NCBI GenBank assembly: GCA_965218795.1 | Contig: OZ244653.1 | Span: forward strand, 2,976,001 to 3,040,000 | Length of the DNA: 64,000 bases | Source of the DNA: a bacterium | Lineage (GTDB): Bacteria; UBA8248; JACPRG01; G963555815 | Direction: 5' to 3' | Shown here: positions 59,166-64,000 of the stretch, piece by piece | Numbering within the stretch: the stretch's first letter is position 1 | Layout of the letters: each line of letters opens with the position of its first letter | Translations under genes and position numbers: made by a program | Notes under the pieces: generated by a model | Seen by the model: the letters and a program-made list of their open reading frames with translations, nothing else | Told to the model about the DNA's origin: nothing | Database searches by the model: none

Positions 59166-59852
59166 TCAGCCGACGGCCTTGGAGGTCCGGACCTCCAGAG
59201 GTTTCAGATCGTCCGCCACCCTCAGCCGCGGTTCCGTCAATGCCTGCAATTCACCAACGCTTACGCCCGGCAGGAGCTCTCGAAGCCATAGACCGTCTTC
59301 CTCGATGTCGATAACAGCCAAGTCCGTTATGATACGGTTGACAGCGCCCTTGGCCGTCAGGGGGTAGGAGCATTCCCTGACGATCTTCGGCGAGCCGTCT
59401 TTGGCGGCGTGGGTCATGATGACGATCAGGTGTTTTGCGCCCGCCGCGATATCCATGGCCCCGCCCATGCCGCCGAACGTCCTCCCCGGCGCCTGCCAAT
59501 TGGCGATGTCGCCTCTTTCGGAGACCTGATAAGCGCCCAGAATGCATACGTCCAGATGGCCGCCGCGAAGCATCGTGAAGGAAAGGTCCGATGGGAAGAA
59601 AGAGGCTCCGGGGAAAAGGGTGACGGGCTCCTTTCCGGCATTGATGAGGTCGATGTCCCGATGACTTCCTTCTGCGTGAGGGCCGATGCCGAGGATCCCG
59701 TTTTCCCCGTGAAGCATGATCTCAATGCTGGGGTCGACGTAACTCCCCACCAAAGTCGGGATCCCCTGGCCGAGGTTCACGTAGTCCCCATCCTTCAGTT
59801 CCTGAGCCGCCCTTCGGGCCAACTCCTCCCTAGTCAACCCAGGTGGGGTCAT
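59166..59852 (-). CDS. 3-oxoacid CoA-transferase subunit B
   Basis: VNLG.GIPT, catalytic Glu in ENG, RGGH.D and GMGGAMD motifs. Confidence 0.93.
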   Translation of the reverse strand: MTPPGLTREELARRAAQELKDGDYVNLGQGIPTLVGSYVDPSIEIMLHGENGILGIGPHAEGSHRDIDLINAGKEPVTLFPGASFFPSDLSFTMLRGGHLDVCILGAYQVSERGDIANWQAPGRTFGGMGGAMDIAAGAKHLIVIMTHAAKDGSPKIVRECSYPLTAKGAVNRIITDLAVIDIEEDGLWLRELLPGVSVGELQALTEPRLRVADDLKPLEVRTSKAVG

Positions 59853-60516
59853 AGCGCTCTCCCTTCACAACGCGTTGAACGAATATGCCGGGCGTCACGA
59901 CGGCCTCGGGCGTGATGTTTCCAACTTCCACGACCTCTTCCACTTCCGCAATGGTGACCCGGGCGGCGGCGGCCATCACGGGATTGAAGTTGCGGCCCGC
60001 CAGTCGATAGACGAGATTGCCCAATCGGTCGGCCTTTTGGGCTTCAATCAATGCGAAATCAGCCGCAAGGGGCAGTTCCAGAACGTACTCCCTCCCGTTG
60101 ATGCGCCGGACTTCCTTGCCTTCCGCTACGGGGGTGCCTACTCCCGTGGGGGTGAAAATGGCTCCCAAGCCCGCTGCAGCGGCTCTCATCCGCTCCACTA
60201 TCGTCCCCTGGGGGACGAGCTCGAGCTCTGTCTCTCCCGCCTTCAACCGCTCTTCGAAGGCGTCACTCGCGCCCGGAACCGGGAAACTCGCGTACAGCTT
60301 CTTGATCTGGTTGTTGCGGAACAGCATGGCGATGCCGCGTTCTTGCGAGCCGGCCGAGTTGGAAATCACGGTCAGGTTTTTGACGCCTTGCCCGGCCAGG
60401 GCGCGGATAAGGTTTTCGGGAACGCCGGAGTCCCCGAAGCCCCCCACCATGATCACGGCTTCGTCCGGTATGTCCGCCACGGCCGCGGCGGTGTTTTGAT
60501 AGGTCTTGTCGATCAT
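59830..60516 (-). CDS. 3-oxoacid CoA-transferase subunit A
   Basis: GGFG..G.P, PQGT..ER.RA, AD..GNL.Y...RNFNP and TPGIFV motifs. Confidence 0.93.
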   Translation of the reverse strand: MIDKTYQNTAAAVADIPDEAVIMVGGFGDSGVPENLIRALAGQGVKNLTVISNSAGSQERGIAMLFRNNQIKKLYASFPVPGASDAFEERLKAGETELELVPQGTIVERMRAAAAGLGAIFTPTGVGTPVAEGKEVRRINGREYVLELPLAADFALIEAQKADRLGNLVYRLAGRNFNPVMAAAARVTIAEVEEVVEVGNITPEAVVTPGIFVQRVVKGERYDPTWVD

Positions 60517-60698
60517 GGGTCGATTCTTCTCGATGGGTCACCCAGTATGGAGGACTCAGCAATGGATGTTGACATAGGATCCCGCCCTCTGTAAAGTATC
60601 GCCACCTTTGCCCAGGCTTTGGGTCGAAAATGGGAAATATCCGGTATCCCAACCGGATAATGGTTTTCGTCACGCGCCGGGCGCTCGCGGGACTCCCA

Positions 60699-61799
60699 AT
60701 GGCCGAAATTCGATTTGAACATGTCTGGAAGCGTTACGGGAACGTCGAGGCGGTCAAGGATCTGAACCTGAAGTGCGAGGACGGCGAGTTCCTCGCGCTG
60801 CTGGGCCCTTCCGGCTGCGGCAAGACCTCCAGCCTGCGGATGCTGGCCGGACTGGAAGTCATTTCCGAGGGTGACCTGTACATCGGCGACAATCGGGTCA
60901 ACGATATCTCGCCGAAGGGCCGGGACATCTCGATGGTCTTCGAGGATTACGCCCTCTATCCCCACATGTCCGTTTACAATAATATTGCGTTTCCCCTCAA
61001 GATCAGGGACTTCGAACGGTCCGAGATCGAGCAGCGCGTCCAGCGCGCGCTGACGATGCTTGGACTGAAGGATATTCGGGATGAGAACGTTCAGCGCCTG
61101 AGCGGGGGCGCGCAGCAGCGTATTTCCATCGGCCGCGCCATTGTACGGGAGCCTCAAGTCCTTCTGATGGATGAGCCCATCTCGCATCTGGACAGCGCGC
61201 ATAAGGTCGAGCTCCGGGGTGAGTTGAAACGGCTTCAGCGCAATCTCGGCGTAACGACAGTGTATGTCACCCACGATCAGATCGAGGCCATCGCCCTGGC
61301 GGACCGGGTGGCCGTGATGAATCTGGGCGTGCTTCAGCAGTTGGGTCCTCCGGAGGAATTGTACGATCAGCCGGCCAACCTGTTCGTTGCCGGTTTCATC
61401 GGGGAGCCGCCGATGAATTTCATTCCATGCGAGGTGGATTCCGTTGGGCGATGCCTGAAGGGTGTTGATTTCGAGGTTCCTGCCTCGAAGGTCCTCCTGG
61501 AAGGTCTGTCCGGTCATGGAGGGAATCGTCTGGTGCTGGGCATCCGGCCCGCGAACCTGAAGATTGAAATGGCGCCTTCAAACGGGCTCCCGCGCGGGAA
61601 GGTGTTTTCTATCGAGCCTCGGGGGGACTCAGCCGTTGTCATGGTGGAGATGGGGTCGCATCGTCTTCTGTCCGAATCGCCTGTCAATCTGGATCTGCAG
61701 GAAGACGCGGTGGTGGGGCTCTCGTTCGACGAAGAGCAAATCCATGTGTTCGAGGCCGAAGGAGGGACTCGCATAACGACTGGTTTGGGAAGGACTTGA
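60699..61799 (+). CDS. Sugar-type ABC ATP-binding protein
   Basis: GPSGCGKT, LSGG, MDEP and VTHDQ motifs. Confidence 0.94.
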   Translation: MAEIRFEHVWKRYGNVEAVKDLNLKCEDGEFLALLGPSGCGKTSSLRMLAGLEVISEGDLYIGDNRVNDISPKGRDISMVFEDYALYPHMSVYNNIAFPLKIRDFERSEIEQRVQRALTMLGLKDIRDENVQRLSGGAQQRISIGRAIVREPQVLLMDEPISHLDSAHKVELRGELKRLQRNLGVTTVYVTHDQIEAIALADRVAVMNLGVLQQLGPPEELYDQPANLFVAGFIGEPPMNFIPCEVDSVGRCLKGVDFEVPASKVLLEGLSGHGGNRLVLGIRPANLKIEMAPSNGLPRGKVFSIEPRGDSAVVMVEMGSHRLLSESPVNLDLQEDAVVGLSFDEEQIHVFEAEGGTRITTGLGRT

Positions 61800-61807
61800 G
61801 CCGGACC

Positions 61808-62917
61808 ATGGGCGCCGTCAGATTGGAAAATATTTGGAAGTCCTTCGGGCATGTGGAGGCCCTGAAAGGGATCGACCTCCCATTCGAATCGGGAGATCTG
61901 ACCGTTCTGCTCGGCCATTCGGGCGCGGGCAAGACCACTATCCTGCGGATGATTGCGGGACTCGAAACCGTCGACCGCGGGGATATCCGAATCAACGGCC
62001 GAGTGGTCAACGACGAACCGCCCCGATCCCGAGGCACCTCGATGGCCTTCGAGAGCTACGCCCTCTACCCGCAGTTGTCCGTCTTCGAGAACATGGCCTT
62101 TTCGTTTCTGGTGGCTGCTGGAGCCAAATGGACGCTGACGGAGGAGGTCCGCGGCAGGGTTCGCGCAATGGCCGAGCTTCTGGAGATCGCTCAACTGCTG
62201 GATCGTCTTCCGCGCCAGCTTTCCGGAGGACAGCGGCAGCGCGTGGCGCTGGGCCGAACCCTCGTCCGCGACGCCGCCGTCCACTTGCTGGACGAGCCGA
62301 TTGCGCATTTGGACGCCAAGCTGCGGCATCAGCTCCGGGGTGGATTGAAGCACTTGCAGCGGGACCGGGGCGCAACGACTGTGTGGACGACGCCGGATCA
62401 ATTGGAAGCGATGTCCATCGCCGATCAGGTGGTCGTTATGAACCACGGGGTTCTTGAGCAATCGGGTCCGCCTTCCGAGCTCTATCAGCATCCGAAAAAT
62501 GAATACGTCGCCCGCAGTCTGGGGGAGCCCCCGATGAACATTCTGTCCTCATCGGTCAGGCGGGCAGACGACGAAATGCAACTCGATATCAATGGGACCT
62601 CTCTGCCGGTTCGGGGGGAGGGCGCGCGCGTGCTGGAGCAATCCAACGGAGACGGACGGATTTCCATGGGAATTCGGCCGACCGATATTTCCGTTCAGGC
62701 CGAGCGGCCTCGGGAACCATCCCTGGAGTCCGAAGTCGTCGTCTTCGAACCGCTCGGACAGTATGGCGTCGTGACTGCCCAGTGCGCTGGGGAGGAGCTC
62801 AAGGTCAAGGTGGGCAAGGGGATCCGCCCTGAGCCCGGGGCCCGGATTTGGCTGGTTCCTCATGCGGAGCGGTATCACTTTTTCAACCCGAGGACTGGAG
62901 AAGCTCTGAGGGCCTAA
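61808..62917 (+). CDS. Sugar-type ABC ATP-binding protein (degenerate H-loop)
   Basis: GHSGAGKT, LSGGQ and LDEP motifs; TTPDQ replaces VTHDQ. Confidence 0.92.
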   Translation: MGAVRLENIWKSFGHVEALKGIDLPFESGDLTVLLGHSGAGKTTILRMIAGLETVDRGDIRINGRVVNDEPPRSRGTSMAFESYALYPQLSVFENMAFSFLVAAGAKWTLTEEVRGRVRAMAELLEIAQLLDRLPRQLSGGQRQRVALGRTLVRDAAVHLLDEPIAHLDAKLRHQLRGGLKHLQRDRGATTVWTTPDQLEAMSIADQVVVMNHGVLEQSGPPSELYQHPKNEYVARSLGEPPMNILSSSVRRADDEMQLDINGTSLPVRGEGARVLEQSNGDGRISMGIRPTDISVQAERPREPSLESEVVVFEPLGQYGVVTAQCAGEELKVKVGKGIRPEPGARIWLVPHAERYHFFNPRTGEALRA

Positions 62918-62968
62918 GACGTTCGTCAGGGATGGCCGCGGACAATCACTCGAGGAGGGAGCGCGTAA

Positions 62969-64000
62969 ATGAGAAGGGGAATGAGATCAGCCCGAAGATG
63001 GAGAAGCGCCTGGGTGTTCGGGCTCGTGGCCCTGTCGGCACTGGCCCTGAGCGGCTCGGCCTGGAGTTGGACGCTGGAAGAGGCGGCCAAGCCCTACAAA
63101 GGGTCCACCCTGAGGGCGGGCATCGCCATGGTTCCCGTCATCGAGGGATATCTTCCGCTCATCAAGGAGTTCTCGAAGCGGACGGGGATCAACGTCAAGG
63201 TCGAAAAATACACCCACGCGGAGTGGGACGCGAAAGGGGATGCGGATCTCTACTCTCGGACCGGACACTTCGATTTGCTTCAGATGCACCACACCCGGGC
63301 GGAAGACTGGGCCGTGAACGGGCACGTCCGGTGGATCAACAAGTATATGAAGAACCCCAAGCTCCGAGATCCCGATCTGGATCCAGATGATTTTCTCCAG
63401 CCCCTGTGGAATGACAATTGCCTGTTCGAGGGCGGAAATTATTCCTGTTTCCCGACCTACAACTTCCAGATGGTGTACTGGTATCGCAAGGATTGGTTCA
63501 GCGATCCCGGCGAAAAGGCCGCGTTCAAGAAGAAATACGGGTATGAGCTGGGGCCGGCAAAGACTTACGAACAATTCCGGGATATCGCGGAGTTCTTCAC
63601 CCGGAAGAAAGGCGAAAAGATTGCCGGTAAAGTCCTTGCAGATAACCACTACGGCGTCGGCTTGGTGGGCAAGCGGGAGATGTCCCTCACTTGGGAATGG
63701 TACAACATTCTCAACGGCTGGGGTATCAAGCTCTATGAAAACGACGGCCGTCCGAACTTCAATCAAAAGGCCGTGATCGACGCCACGAAGTGGTGGCTGA
63801 GTCTCCGGCCGTTCGCGCCGCCCGGGGTGTCCGAGGCCGGGTTCATCGACCTGTTTGTCCTGATGACGAAGGGCAACATTGCCCAGTCGCTGAACTGGAT
63901 CGACTTCGCCTTTGCGATCGATATTCCCAAAATCTCGAAGGCCGTCGGGGTTTACACCTATGCCCCGGTTCCCGTTCGGGAAAAGGGTATCCCCCCCAGC
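62969..64000 (+). CDS. Extracellular solute-binding protein, 3'-partial (absent from the ORF track)
   Basis: RBS GAGGAGG and signal peptide, then WTLEEAAKPYKG.., F.KRTGI.V and YRKDWF..P; open to the window end. Confidence 0.88.
   Translation, partial: MRRGMRSARRWRSAWVFGLVALSALALSGSAWSWTLEEAAKPYKGSTLRAGIAMVPVIEGYLPLIKEFSKRTGINVKVEKYTHAEWDAKGDADLYSRTGHFDLLQMHHTRAEDWAVNGHVRWINKYMKNPKLRDPDLDPDDFLQPLWNDNCLFEGGNYSCFPTYNFQMVYWYRKDWFSDPGEKAAFKKKYGYELGPAKTYEQFRDIAEFFTRKKGEKIAGKVLADNHYGVGLVGKREMSLTWEWYNILNGWGIKLYENDGRPNFNQKAVIDATKWWLSLRPFAPPGVSEAGFIDLFVLMTKGNIAQSLNWIDFAFAIDIPKISKAVGVYTYAPVPVREKGIPPS

Noticed and set aside
1-64000. CRISPR arrays, tRNA/rRNA genes, prophage or integron
   Set aside because: No regularly spaced direct repeats, cloverleaf or rRNA signatures, phage structural genes or integrase were seen by eye.

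Overview
GC-rich bacterial chromosome segment; the gene content suggests an uncultured, catabolically versatile lineage, but taxonomy is inference only. It holds a few core genes (msrB, sfsA, dnaN without dnaA, lexA, an ampG-family transporter, a frameshifted LysM lytic transglycosylase) among many accessory catabolic genes: tandem LLM and SDR paralogues, ComD/E-like ThDP decarboxylase subunits, three sugar-type ABC systems, two three-subunit molybdenum hydroxylases and several hydrolases. IS30, IS1595 and IS630 elements, an IS481 remnant and many gene fragments are also present. Main highlights: (1) a complete acetophenone-carboxylase-like apcABCDE cluster preceded by a 3-oxoacid CoA-transferase and a CouO-like beta-ketoacyl-CoA hydrolase instead of the usual CoA ligase; (2) an AhpD/CMD-family gene split by an in-frame TGA at a CxxU position, followed by a SECIS-like hairpin (probable selenoprotein missed by the ORF track); (3) a small promoter-SD-14 codon ORF-terminator unit upstream of lexA; (4) a G/T-skewed codon patch in the second Mo-hydroxylase operon. 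No rRNA, tRNA or CRISPR array was seen. Family assignments come from motif recognition, not database searches.
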